Made by a program: the position numbers and the translations under genes
Origin: Octopus bimaculoides
Taxonomy: Eukaryota
Assembly: GCF_001194135.2 (NCBI RefSeq)
Contig: NC_069008.1
Location: forward strand, 9,576,976 to 9,640,975
DNA: 64,000 nucleotides
Direction: 5' to 3'
Notes under the pieces: generated by a model
Told to the model about the DNA's origin: nothing
The model's input: only the letters and a program-made list of their open reading frames with translations
Database searches by the model: none
Shown here: positions 51,631-63,100 of the stretch, piece by piece
Position numbering within the stretch: position 1 is the first letter of the stretch
Layout of the letters: each line of letters begins with the position of its first letter

Positions 51631-53435
51631 ACTAGCAATAAGGCTAACAACACCTCATTATCTCGTAGAATTTGGGAGCTTAAGGATGACAAGATTAATT
51701 TTAACCTTAGATGATCAATTGTTGGATCAGCCCCAACATATAAAGATAATAGAACTGGTTGCCAGTTATGCTCCCTTGAACTTTTGAAAATTATTAAATT
51801 CCCCGATAAGAATAAGCTAGTTAATAAGAGGTCAGATTTCGAACCTTCCTGTATCCATAAAATGATGAAAACCTTTAGATATTATAACCCCTAAGTCCTC
51901 TCTTTTAGTTATAAGCACTTCTACACCTTCTCTCATTAACTACTCCCACGTTAGATCCTACCTACCACAACTCAGACACCGAATTAACAAAGCCCGTACT
52001 CTACCCCTAACCTAACTATGTACCTTAATAATTCTGTTTACCCTCGAATAGCTAGATTATGACCACATAATATACACACATTTATAATAAACCGGATCCA
52101 TAATCCCAAACCTATGGATATAGTTCTACCTTTCAGTCACTGACTCGAAACTCTCCAATGACACTACAATAAACAATAACACCAAATAACACTAATCAAT
52201 GCTTTTTTATAGTTTTTACTTTTATTTTCTTTATTCTATTATTTTTATATTTTTATTTTGTTTTTTTTTAAAATTTTACTTTTACATATATATATATTCT
52301 TTTATTTATATATATATATACATATATATTTTCTCAATTTTTATATATTTTATATTTTCACTTTATATTTTTACATTTTTATTTTATATTCTTTTACTTT
52401 TTATTTTTTATTTTTATTTCTTTTTTTTATATTTTTTATTTCTTATTTTTTTCATTATTAATGTGGGTGCTATTGTTTCTTATCACTATTATACTATATT
52501 ACTACGGTTGAAATGCCCCCAATACTCTGTATTTTGAATTTTAACGTCCATATACTTTATTTCCCTTTTCTTGTTGACATTTTCTAATTATTCATTCTTT
52601 AAGGTCTTATATGTTCTAATTACCCTTTCCACTTCCTTCACCCTTCATCATCTAGATAAGTGTTTGTACCAATATAATAGATAAGTTCGTATACTTAAGT
52701 TGTAATTCCCCTAGGTTGACCACTCACCACAAGAATATCATATTCCAAGTTTACTCTAGCCTGACGCTATTTATTTACAACCCACCACTGATATAGGCAG
52801 ACACAGCTCATATATATCTATCCCTTACGACCTTTAAGATCTCTGTATCTATATCTATTTATCTTCTTCTACATTTAGATTTTTCCTCACCACCCTTCTC
52901 CAACCCGTCTAATAGATGTATCTTACTTTGCTATCCAGATTTTCTCTTATTGTTTCTTAGATTACCCGCCCCACCGATTTGAGTCCTTTTATTTTTTATT
53001 TTTGTATGAATATCTGTGTATTTTTCTTCTTAGTATTTTATATCCTTTATTTTATTTTATATTATTATTTCATTTTTGTTATATTGTTTTAACCACCAAC
53101 TTCTTCCCTCCTTTAACACTACCCTTCTAACTAATATAAAATAGTATTGTTTACTTAGCGTTCACTATACACTGAATTGTGGCAAGGTATGGACGGATTC
53201 CGGAGTACCGAGGAAATTATGTATAAATATATCAAATTAAGAATTCTACGAGGTATATCACAATGCAAAATACCAAACGGAACCTCACCTCTTATATCTC
53301 ATCTTTCTTCCTCCTTTAACGCCTATGTGATATAATTCTTGGGAGAGAATACATTTGCGGCTGAAGATAGCTTTATATTGTCAATTATACACTGATGTAA
53401 CAACTATAAAGCTTGAAACACGTGTACCGCAGAAT
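51631..53435 (+). mobile_element. Penelope-like element 3' part: end of the GIY-YIG region plus long 3' region ending in a hammerhead
   Basis: 51631-51894 translates TSLSRRIWELKD...R*SIV...GCQLCSLE...KLVNKRSDF..SCIHK, the typical PLE C-terminal C..C/C.H pattern. One internal stop; not in the ORF track. Confidence 0.78.
53354..53433 (+). ncRNA. Type I hammerhead ribozyme
   Basis: Stem I tttgcgg/ccgcaga (7 bp including one GU), CTGAAGA (53361-53367), stem II agctttata/tataaagct, GAAA (53415-53418), palindromic stem III ACACGTGT and a GUA site (cut after 53426). The first stem II position is U-U. Confidence 0.75.
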
Positions 53436-53786
53436 NNNNNNNNNNNNNNNNNNNNNNNNNNNNNNNNNNNNNNNNNNNNNNNNNNNNNNNNNNNNNNNNN
53501 NNNNNNNNNNNNNNNNNNNNNNNNNNNNNNNNNNNNNNNNNNNNNNNNNNNNNNNNNNNNNNNNNNNNNNNNNNNNNNNNNNNNNNNNNNNNNNNNNNNN
53601 NNNNNNNNNNNNNNNNNNNNNNNNNNNNNNNNNNNNNNNNNNNNNNNNNNNNNNNNNNTATATATACACACAATGAGCTTCTTTCACTTTAGTAGAAGAT
53701 ACTTGCCCAAGGTGCCACACACTAGTACTGAACCCAGAACCATGAGGTTGGGAAACAAGCTTCTTACCACACAACCATGCTTGTGC

Positions 53787-53831
<45 letters not shown>

Positions 53832-53873
53832 TATAGACAAATCACATGTCTGTAATTGAGGGTGTCACTTGTG

Positions 53874-53930
53874 ACAGTTAAAGAAATGCAGTGATAATCA
53901 TATTATTGACACAGAAACTTAAAGTCCTGT
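53874..53930 (+). ncRNA. Hammerhead-like motif in a 3-copy repeat family (core mutated)
   Basis: acag-TTAAAGA...GAAA-C-TTAAA-GTC-ctgt; stem I and the GUC triplet are intact. Confidence 0.35.
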
Positions 53931-54407
53931 ATGGGATTGTCCATAACTATTATTCAATAAATAAATAAATATATATATATATATATATATCACCATCATC
54001 ATCATTTAATGTCTGTTTTCCAAGCTAGCATAGGTTGGATGGTTTGACAGAAGCTGACAAGCTGACGGGCTGTTCAGGCTCCATGTCTGTTTTGGCATGG
54101 TCTTTACAGTTGGATGCCCTTCTTAACAGCAACCACTTTACAGAGTGTACTGCGTACTTTTATGCAGCACCAGCATAGATGCATTTATGTGGCACCACTA
54201 TGAGTGGTTTTTACATGTCACTAAAATCCATGAGACCGCAAAATTAGGAATGTTGAGCTGGAGAGTGATGGAGGGCACATGCCTCTATGCAAGGACAACC
54301 ACGATTTTACTTAGCTTCATGTGTCTTCTCAAGCACAGCAAACCACCAGGAGTCTCAGTCCTCTGTCATCTCCTCTGTGCGGCCCAATATATATACACAC
54401 ATATATA

Positions 54408-55568
54408 AAGGGTGCAGACAGTATTTGAGGACATGCATTTTTAGTCATTATTTTATTTGACTAATTTTTATTGGACTTCTATTTCAGAAAATAACGACAA
54501 CAGGCCCTATGCTTCCTAATGAAATGAAAAGCCATGCTGTGATGGTGGCTTTGAAGGCTAAGCAGGGTGATTTAGAAATTTCTTGTTTTCTGAAAGTTGC
54601 AACATCTTTTGTCCACAAGATTTGGTGAGAGTTAGAGGAAGCTTATTACCTGTATCAAAACATAAAAAAAACATTCCACACATTCTAATTCTATCAGGAC
54701 ACCTCAATTTTTATTCAAGAAGTTAACCAAAACATTGAAAACAATCCAGGAAAATCAATGAGTTCAATTGCAAAAAAAAAAAAATTTGTGTCAGAGAAAA
54801 TAATCAGAAATGTTGTGCATGAAGGCATCTGATACAAATCTTACATAATGAGGAGAGGTCAATTAATGTCAGAAAAATCAAAAGAAAACTGCTTAATCAG
54901 AATCAAAAGATTTTTGAACAAGCTTAAATATCCATCAGAAGATGGTGTGATTTAGTTTTTCTCAGATGAGAAAAACTTTGACCAGGACCACAAAACTAAC
55001 AGAAGAAATGACAGGTTGCTATGTACAGACACTTCTGAGGTATGCATTACTCTTGAGTAATGCATACAAAGTTTCCTACAAGTGTCATGCTTTTGGATGC
55101 TGTTAGCAGTGAAGGACATGTGATGCCTCCTCACTTTTTTCTACAAGCCCTTAGGATAAATACTGCTGCATATATTGAGGTTCTGGATAAAGTTGTTAAG
55201 CTTTGGATCAACTGTGTATACAATGGAAGGCCTTATGTCTCTAAAGATCTCAATCCACTGGACTACTGTGTATGAAGCATTGTTGAGAAAAATGTCAATG
55301 AACACCCCCATAGCACTAAAGATTCTTTGAAAGCCACCATAGTTCGAGTTGTCCAAAATGAACAAAGACAATTTAAACTGAGATTGTAAATGATTTCAAC
55401 CCCGCATGGAGGCAGTTATTGATGCTTATGGTGGTTTTATTGAATGAAATTATTAAATTGGTAATTTAGCTTTATGTTTATGTTATTTTTCTAAAAATAG
55501 TTTTTTTCTGTTATTATATAAGTGTTTTTTTAAAACCATAAATCTGTCCTCAAATACTATCTGCACCC

Positions 55569-55570
<2 letters not shown>
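54408..55570 (+). mobile_element. Tc1/mariner DD37D (maT)-like transposon, internally deleted
   Basis: ~25-bp TIRs (C)AGGGTGCAGA.AGTATTTGAGGAC and motifs FFSDEKNF, HTKFPTSVM and DLNPLDY. The QQD..P.H segment is deleted. Confidence 0.85.
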
Positions 55571-55607
<37 letters not shown>

Positions 55608-55879
55608 GCATGCACAGGCATAGTTGCATAAAAGAAGTTTACTTTCTGACCACTGGTTGCAGGTTCAGTCCTGCTATGTGACAGCCCTGGATTGACCAAA
55701 GTCTTGTGAGGAGATTCGATACACAGAAGTTGAAAGTAGCCCATCGTACATGCATATATATGTGTGTATGTGCATGCATATTTGTGTGACTGTGTCTTTT
55801 GTTTTGTGTTGTGTGATAACTGTAAATAATTGTCACTATCACAGAAGCAGTGTCATTCATTTCCAATATTCTACAAGAA

Positions 55880-57500
55880 CATGATAGACAAGTTCTTGCA
55901 GAATATTTGTCTCGGTCTCTTGCCATCTCCTTACTGAAGCCCAACATCTGAAGATCCTTCACCACTTCGCTACACATCTTCCCAAGTCTGCCCCTTCCAC
56001 AGGTTCCCTCCACAATTAGAAATCAGCACTTCTTTATGCAGCTATCCACCTCCATATGCATAACACGATCATATCAGTGCAGTCTCCCCCCTTGTACACT
56101 ACAACTGATGCCCCTTAAACCTAGTTTTTCTCTTAAATCATTTACACTGACATTATCCATCCAGCAGAGCATGCTGGCTTTAATCCTTTCAACTTTTCTC
56201 AAGTCCTCTGCAGTCACAGCCCCTGTTTCACTGCCAGGTAACATAGTTGTACATACACAGGAAGAATCTAATCTGCCTTTCACATTCTTAGTATTTATTG
56301 TACTTGCACATCTGCCACACACAAAGACTACTTTCATTGTTAACCTTCCTGTGACACCACTACACCTCTTATGTGTCCAAAGCTTGCACTGAGTACAACA
56401 TATGGAGTTTTTACCAACACCTTTCTTACATATCAAGCATAGCCATCTCCCTGAAAGGACTTGTGATTTGTCTAAAGCTCTTAGATTCCAGGCTTTGCTT
56501 CCACACCTGAAATTTCCTCTCTAGTTCAGGTAGTAATTCAGTTATAAAAACAAGATCTTCAGCATAGAGGAGCTCCCAAGGGATCTTAAATCCCTCTGTT
56601 ACTGCTTGGTGGATTATGATAAACAAAAGGGGGACAAGAACTTATCTTTGGTGAACTCCTACTAAATTCATTGCTATACTCATTACCAACCTTCACCTTA
56701 CTGACATCATTCTGTACATGGATTGTACACTCATCTATCCTTAGCTTTTGCATTGGCCAGCAGATAAGGGAGCAGGGGACCCTGTCAAAGGCTTTCTATA
56801 TGTCAGCAAAAGCCAAACACAGGTTTATTTTTGGCTACCTGTTTTTCCTACCAGGAAGATAGCATGAGTAGTGCTTCTACCAGGCACAAAACCAAACTGC
56901 ATCTCATCGAAGCTAACTCTCTTATTGGTTGAACCTAATTAGTTGAACTATGACCATCTATGAACTTTCATCATCTGGTCCGCCAATTTGATACCTCTGT
57001 AATTATTTCTGTCTAAGGTGTCACCTTTACCTTTGTAGGAGTTGCTGCTACACCAGCCATTGGGTATAACTCCATTGTCGACAACCTGATTAACTCTACA
57101 GATAATTAGGCCATATCCCATATATTTTTAGCATCTCAGCAGTGATTTCTGAAGGGCTAGGGACTTTCTTTGTTTTCATATCTTCAATTGCTTTATCAAT
57201 CAAGCTACTGTCTATTTGGATAGCTGGTCCCTCTGTTGGATCCACATTAGACAGACTCCTCTTCTCACATGTGTTCTCTACATTTAACAGCCTCACATAG
57301 TGGAATCTCCAAGCGTCTTTCTTTGCAGAATAACTAACTGCAAGTGAACTATCATCCATGCAAATGCACTTCTTTCCTACAGCATCACAATTTTCTCTGA
57401 TACACTGTCTTGCAATCCAAAACACCTCAAGCCCCTGGTCCTCATGCTGCAGAACACTGGCAGACTTCTTTCTTTCTACTTCTCCTCTGGCTAAATATAC
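55880..57500 (-). mobile_element. Decayed RTE LINE fragment
   Basis: Minus-strand homology to the RT and C-terminal region of 5330-7848 (PWELLYAEDL, CTQCKLWTHKRCS). Confidence 0.82.
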
Positions 57501-57575
57501 ATAGTATATATTACATATACAGACACATATATATATATGCACACAATAAACAAGCAGACAGACAATGATACAAAC

Positions 57576-57758
57576 CTGTCACCATAGTCTTCAACTACGG
57601 AGTCTTTGGAAGTCCCCGTAATACCATCATGGTGCTGAAACAGTGCAAGGTTCCGTCGAGCATTAACCAGACTCTGCATGAACTCTATGAGAGGGAATTT
57701 GCTGCCATCATGTATCTTAAGGTACCGACTGACCAGGAAGAAAAGGATTTCAGCACCC
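57576..57758 (-). CDS. MAN2A1: Golgi alpha-mannosidase II exon with HHDGITGT motif
   Basis: TATACAG|G GGT...GAC AG|GTTTGT, 183 nt. Contains ARRNLALFQHHDGITGTSKD, the conserved GH38 Zn-ligand motif. Confidence 0.95.
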
Positions 57759-57919
57759 CTGTATAACAGACACAATATAAGATATAAAACACATGCCTGA
57801 CACCTGACATTTCATAAAAATGCATCCCATGAATGTAAGCTAAATCAAGGCAACTAAAAAAACGATGTCACAGCATATACAAGCACACACCACCTACAAA
57901 TGCTATAAAGACACTACAT

Positions 57920-58194
57920 CAGTGGTTCTCAACCAGGGTCCATATAAAACCAGAGGCCATGCAACAAAATAGTAAATTGGGGATCTACAATAGTATTTGA
58001 AGAGACCCTCAAAAAATGTTATTCTAGATGTATGTATTGCAAAAACAGCTGGGTTTCTTTCTCTAACATTTTACATAGTTCAACCTACACAAGTTAATTT
58101 GTGAAAAACAAAAACTTTGAATGGCTATGAGGGTCCACCAGAATAAAATAGTAATCAAAGGAGTCCACAGGCAAAAAATGGTTGAGAACCCTTA
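57920..58194. mobile_element. hAT(Charlie)-like MITE
   Basis: Termini are CAGTGGTTCTCAACC and GGTTGAGAACC(ctt). No 8-bp TSD is recognisable. Confidence 0.65.
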
Positions 58195-58569
58195 CTCTTG
58201 AACTGCTAGAAATAGCAGTCAAATCTTCCTCAAATCACACTCTTTGATCTTAAGTATGTATGAGCTAACAGGGGAAATCTCTAAATGGTAGCTAAATAAG
58301 CTAGAAATAGCAGCCAATCCCCCTGAAATTACAACCTACAGTCTGAACGAAATTCATGGAGTGTTTTCTTTATTTTTACCTTTTAGAATGTTGGTGATTT
58401 AGGAATAGAGAGTAAGAGAGAATGTTCTTAGTGTTTTCATACAGACAAAAAAAAAAAAAGCCATTTCCAGGGTAATTCTAGCTCATGAAAATGTTCAAGT
58501 TGCTAATAGTTTCAACATCAGCTACAAATTATTTTTCAAGCATTTTTCAATATATCATTAGAAGTAAAG

Positions 58570-58603
<34 letters not shown>

Positions 58604-59569
58604 TGTTTGGGTTAACTTTCATTATTTTTATGTCTCATTTTTTAAGGAATATTATCATCATCATCATCATCCAATAACATTTGCTTTCCATGCTGGCATG
58701 TTGGATGGTTTGACAGAAGCAGGCTGGACAGAAGACTGCACCAAGCTTCAGTCTCCGTTTTGGCATGGTTTATATGACTAGATGCCCTTCCTAACACCAA
58801 TCATCCCAGAGAGTGGACTGAGTGCTTTTTACATGGCACCATCACAAGCAAGGTCAGTTCTGGCATGATTTTTACAGCTGGATGCCCTTCCAAATGCCAA
58901 CCACTTTACAATATAGACTGGATGCTTTTTACATGGTATCAGCATTGGAATGGTCACCGAGTAAAATGCAAGACAAAGATCTTTTAAGAGGGGAGAGGGC
59001 ATTGGAGGAGGTGATCTTGTGCCAGATGATGAAAGGTCAGAGTGTGAAAGAGAGATAGAAACTGGTGTCTTGCTAAAGAGATACATGGTTACTCGGTCAG
59101 AGGTGGGAAGTGATCAGGAATGAGGACAGAAACAGGTGTGTGGCTGTAGAGGAGATACATGGTTAACCAGTCAGAGGGAGAGAGCAGAGGAGAAACGGTG
59201 AAGGAAGTGGAATCAGAATATAGATGGGATAGTAGAATAGAGCAAGAGAGAGAGAGAGAGAGAGAGATGGTGGTGAAGTGCTATGGCATACCCTCAAGGT
59301 TGGTGGGGTTCAGAATATAAATGGTAAGGTATTGCCAAAGGTGCATGAGTAGGGAAGTTAAGTGTGTGGGGGTGGGGAATGCAGTGACTGTTGAAAACTG
59401 GGTATATAGAGGGAGTGGGAGATGACAGGATTGGGGAGTGAGAGATAAGCATAAGCATAGGGCATGAGAAAAAGGAAATGGGAGGAAGTGAAGAGATGCT
59501 GTTTGGCTTTTTGAGGTAAGGTGTGTGAAAAGTTTGTTTTTTTTGTCAACTTGATGTATTGGTGAACAG

Positions 59570-60379
59570 TGTTGGGGAGCATGAAGATTAAAGATGTAGT
59601 TGAGAAAAAGTTTGTTGACATGGAGGACTGGAGGCCATTTGAATATTGGAAAAGAGTTACTTGCATCATGATAATTGATGCCGGGTGTCAAAATGCCAAC
59701 ATCATGACTGTTGTTCAATGCTCTGTGAACACTTCAAAGGCTATAAGATATGACATGGACAGCTGCAACAAAAACTACAAAGCCATAGTGAGCAGGAAGG
59801 ACACAGTAAGCATTGTGACTATGTCCACATGTTGAATTTCATCCAACAACTGATGAACAGGGGATTAGGCTTAATTTAGACAGTTATGTGAAGTTGCTGA
59901 GACTGTGGTCAAACTCTGGCTGGGGAGGACTCTGCTAGAAGGCCATTTGTGTGGCAGCAGGATTCAGCTCCTTGCCTTGGCTCTGGAAAAAGTCAAAAGT
60001 GGCTGTTGGAGAATTTGTATGACTTCAACGGCCCCACTTTCTGGCCTCTGAATTTCTCCAATTGTAATCCTATGGATTATTATGTGTGAGGTGTCATTGA
60101 GAAAGGCATCTACCACCATGTCTGCAACACCAAGCCTGAGCTTGTGGCCAAGATCAAAGAGGTTTTCAAAGATCTTTCCAAGGACACAATAAGGAATGCA
60201 TGTACCAGGTTCCAGAGTCATCTTGAGGCTGTGACAAAGCTGCAGGCAGCTAATTTAGGTAAAATATTACTTTCTAGCCATAATATAGTTTGATTTTCTT
60301 TAGAATACCTTTATCTGTGGATGGGATATTGTTTTCTTTTCCTTTTATGCAAACTGCCAAATTTAGCCCAAACACCCTG
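59570..60379 (+). mobile_element. Second DD37D-like transposon fragment
   Basis: Motifs RPFVWQQDSAPC, KSQKWL and FWP.N...CNPMDYYV, with a right TIR ending AAACACCCTG. Confidence 0.75.
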
Positions 60380-60652
60380 GATATATCATCATCATCATCA
60401 TTTAACGTCTGTTGTCCATGCTGGCATGGGTTGGATGGTTTGACTGGGCTGGTACACTGGAAGGCTGTGCCAGGATCCAGTTTGATTTGGTATGGTTTTC
60501 TATGGCTGGATGCCTTTCCTATCACCAACCACTCCGAGAACGTAATGGGTGCTTTTACCATTGGCATGGGTGCCATTTGCATGACACTGGTATCTGCCAC
60601 AACTGCGATTTTGCTCAGTTTGATGGATCTTCTTCTCAAGCACGACATAACA

Positions 60653-60888
60653 CCTCCGTGAGGCCCAACACTCGAAAGAAAAATGGCCACTTTGCCTCCA
60701 TGAGGCCCAACACTAGAAAGGAACTAAGCCACCTTGCCTCTGGGAGGCCCAACACTTGAAAGGAACTCAGCCACTTTGCCTGCACGTGGCCCAAAGCTCG
60801 AAAGGAACTCAGTCACTATACCTCTATGAAGCCCAATGTTCAAAAGGAACTCAGTCACTTTGCCTCTGTGAGGCCCAACGTTCAAAGG
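60653..60888. repeat. 42-bp minisatellite (~5.6 units) within an RTE 3' UTR
   Basis: Unit CCTCTGTGAGGCCCAACACTCGAAAGGAACTCAGCCACTTTG, tandem with no spacers. Confidence 0.85.
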
Positions 60889-61050
60889 TTGATTTTTTTA
60901 TGTGCCACCAGTACAGGTGCACTTAGTGTGATGAATCCTCTTAAGCAGAGCACATCGCCAAAGGTCTCGCTCAGAAGACAGAAAATGCAGAGGCATAACA
61001 TGCATCTCAAGTCATATACATTATTTTATATTATTCTTAAATTAGTTGAG

Positions 61051-61125
61051 GTCTTACAGCTGTTTCTGGATATCCCAAGTGATAGGTGAGTATGCCTGAA
61101 TATGGAGTATTCCATCATCAGAGAC
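61051..61125 (-). ncRNA. Type I hammerhead ribozyme, sense to MAN2A pre-mRNA
   Basis: Minus strand reads gtct-CTGATGA-tggaatactcca...tgggatatcca-GAAA-CAGCTG-TA-agac. All core residues are intact and the predicted cut is between 61055 and 61054. Confidence 0.8.
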
Positions 61126-61234
61126 AAGTAACGAACATATGAAAGATCTTTATTTCCTTACTCTTTACTCTTCTATTTCATTGCTTATTATCTACAAATT
61201 TTCCATGTCTAGATCTTTCACAAGTTCTCTACTT

Positions 61235-61308
61235 GTCTCTGATGATGGAATATCCCATTTCAGGCATACTCACCTATCACTTGGGATATCCAGAAACAGC
61301 TGTAAGAC
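61235..61308 (+). ncRNA. Type I hammerhead ribozyme, antisense to MAN2A
   Basis: gtct(61235)-CTGATGA(61239-61245)-tggaatatccca...tgggatatcca-GAAA(61293-61296)-CAGCTG-TA(61304)-agac. Stem II is 11 bp with one bulge. Confidence 0.82.
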
Positions 61309-61511
61309 CTCAACTAATTTCAGAAAAATATAATATAATGTATATGGCTTGAGATGCTTGTTATGCCTCAGCATTCGTTGTCCTCTTTCACAAATATATA
61401 TCTGCTAAATCGAAAACCTAAAATGGCTATGAGCTTGGAACGCTGATAATCTGTTACATGATTTAGCCAGCATATTTGTTTAGATCACAAGTGAATTAAA
61501 CCCCCATATTC

Positions 61512-61546
<35 letters not shown>

Positions 61547-62146
61547 TGTTTCTGTATTTGTTTGCAAGATCCTTGATGTGCAATTGTATGTTGGAACAAA
61601 TGCTGAAATAATGTACATATAAATCTATGAAGTAGATCAGTAAACAGTAGCTAAAACTGATAGAATGTATGTCAAAAATTTCTCAAATCACACCCCTTTT
61701 CTCTTATGTATACATATATGTACATTTAAACAACTCAAGGAGACTTCTATAAGATAAAATGATCTGATAGAAAAGGTAGCCAAAGCTCCCTCAAATCAAA
61801 CCTACTGTCTTATGCATATCTACAGTTGCCAACAAAGGTAGCTGGAACTAATGCAAATAGCAGTCAAATCTCCTTTGACTCAAACACAACTTTCTTAAAA
61901 AAGTAAAAGGAATATCAAAATGATGAGAAAGTCATTTATAGAGTGCTTTTGGTCAAAGGTCTGCTCAATAAAGACTGAATTGTGGCTAAACACTAACAGC
62001 TAGTTACAACTGGTCAGATGATGAGTCAATGAGAATCCTGTATATGGACTCTTGAAGGGCTAAAGCTAAATCTCCCTCAACTTACATTTTACAATCTTAA
62101 AAAAAGCAAGGACACAATAGATGACATAAATTCTATATCTCCTTAA

Positions 62147-62358
62147 CCCTTTAGTATTTGAGCCAATCATATCCAGCTCAAATATTCTATTTGTTTTACA
62201 TTCTAAATGGTCAGATTTGGCTTCTCACACCAACCCTACAATGTCATTCTAAAAATAAATCATTGAAATCTCAAAGCTACAAGATAATACATGATTAATT
62301 CAAGACAATGTAAATAAATATGCATTACATTTGACAGAGCAATCTAAATGCTAAAGGG
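62147..62358. mobile_element. piggyBac-type MITE (212 bp)
   Basis: TTAA|CCCTTTAGTATTT...AAATGCTAAAGGG|TTAA, TIR 12/13. A decayed second copy lies at about 33720-33920. Confidence 0.85.
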
Positions 62359-62480
62359 TTAAAGAGACAAAATGATAATAGCCATAATGCCTTTGGTCCT
62401 AGGTTTGCTTGATTTGTTTGACCTTGGACTAAACATCCATAACCAATTATAATCAGTTGGATGGCAAATATTCGGCTTAC

Positions 62481-62683
62481 CGCAGCTGGTGTTCCATCTC
62501 TCGGTCAAGAACCTTCTGGAAAGGGCGAGAGGTATAGTAGCCACTCCAGTAGTGGTCATCTCGATCAGCATAAGTGAAGAAATCACCTGACAGTGAAGGT
62601 ATGTTTGGGGGAGGATCCCCAGGTGCAATTTTATGCTTCTTGTAGATTGCATTGAAATAGTCGGACAAAGTTCCAAACTTAAT
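62481..62683 (-). CDS. MAN2A1: Golgi alpha-mannosidase II exon (most 5' exon in this window)
   Basis: TTATTCCAG|ATT AAG...CTG CG|GTAAGC, 203 nt. Encodes [10 protein letters not shown]...[25 protein letters not shown]. Upstream exons lie outside the window. Confidence 0.95.
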
Positions 62684-62921
62684 CTGGAATAAAACAAAAA
62701 CCAAACATAAACATAGAAATCTTGAATTAAATAATCAAAACTAAAAATAAACAAAACTCATCTAGATAAATAATATAAATATATTAAAAAACAAAAATAC
62801 AATTACATAAACATATACTATAATAACATCCATAAAAATTTAAGTTTCATTTGTTTGATGAAGGATCCAGATTTTAACTGTTTTTCTTCAAGTTAATTAG
62901 AAGACGAAACAACAGGTAATA

Positions 62922-63066
62922 TAGATTGGTGCACAATTATTGTGGCTTTTTTTCAACAAATTTATTCAACAAAAACAATAACAACATGTAACCAAAGCAT
63001 CTTTAAATGATGATTCCGGAGAATATTCACCATCTGCTTCAATTACTGCTTCCCATTTGCTTGGCA

Positions 63067-63070
<4 letters not shown>
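62922..63070. mobile_element. Partial copy of the 38204-38416 MITE, opposite orientation
   Basis: Matches the reverse complement of 38281-38416. Confidence 0.75.

Positions 63071-63100
<30 letters not shown>

Larger units (their letters stand above)
60984..61375. mobile_element. Divergent inverted pair of ~165-bp PLE pseudo-LTR-like repeats
   Basis: Arms 60984-61149 and 61211-61375, with a spacer of about 61 bp. Confidence 0.85.

Noticed and set aside
48945-51692. Long ORFs in the track (also at ~4.3, 22.6 and 53.4 kb)
   Set aside because: They consist mostly of X from N gaps plus microsatellite translation.
60653-60888. Regular 42-bp repeats that look like a CRISPR array
   Set aside because: The units are contiguous with no unique spacers, no cas genes are present and the context is a eukaryotic LINE 3' UTR. 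It is a minisatellite.
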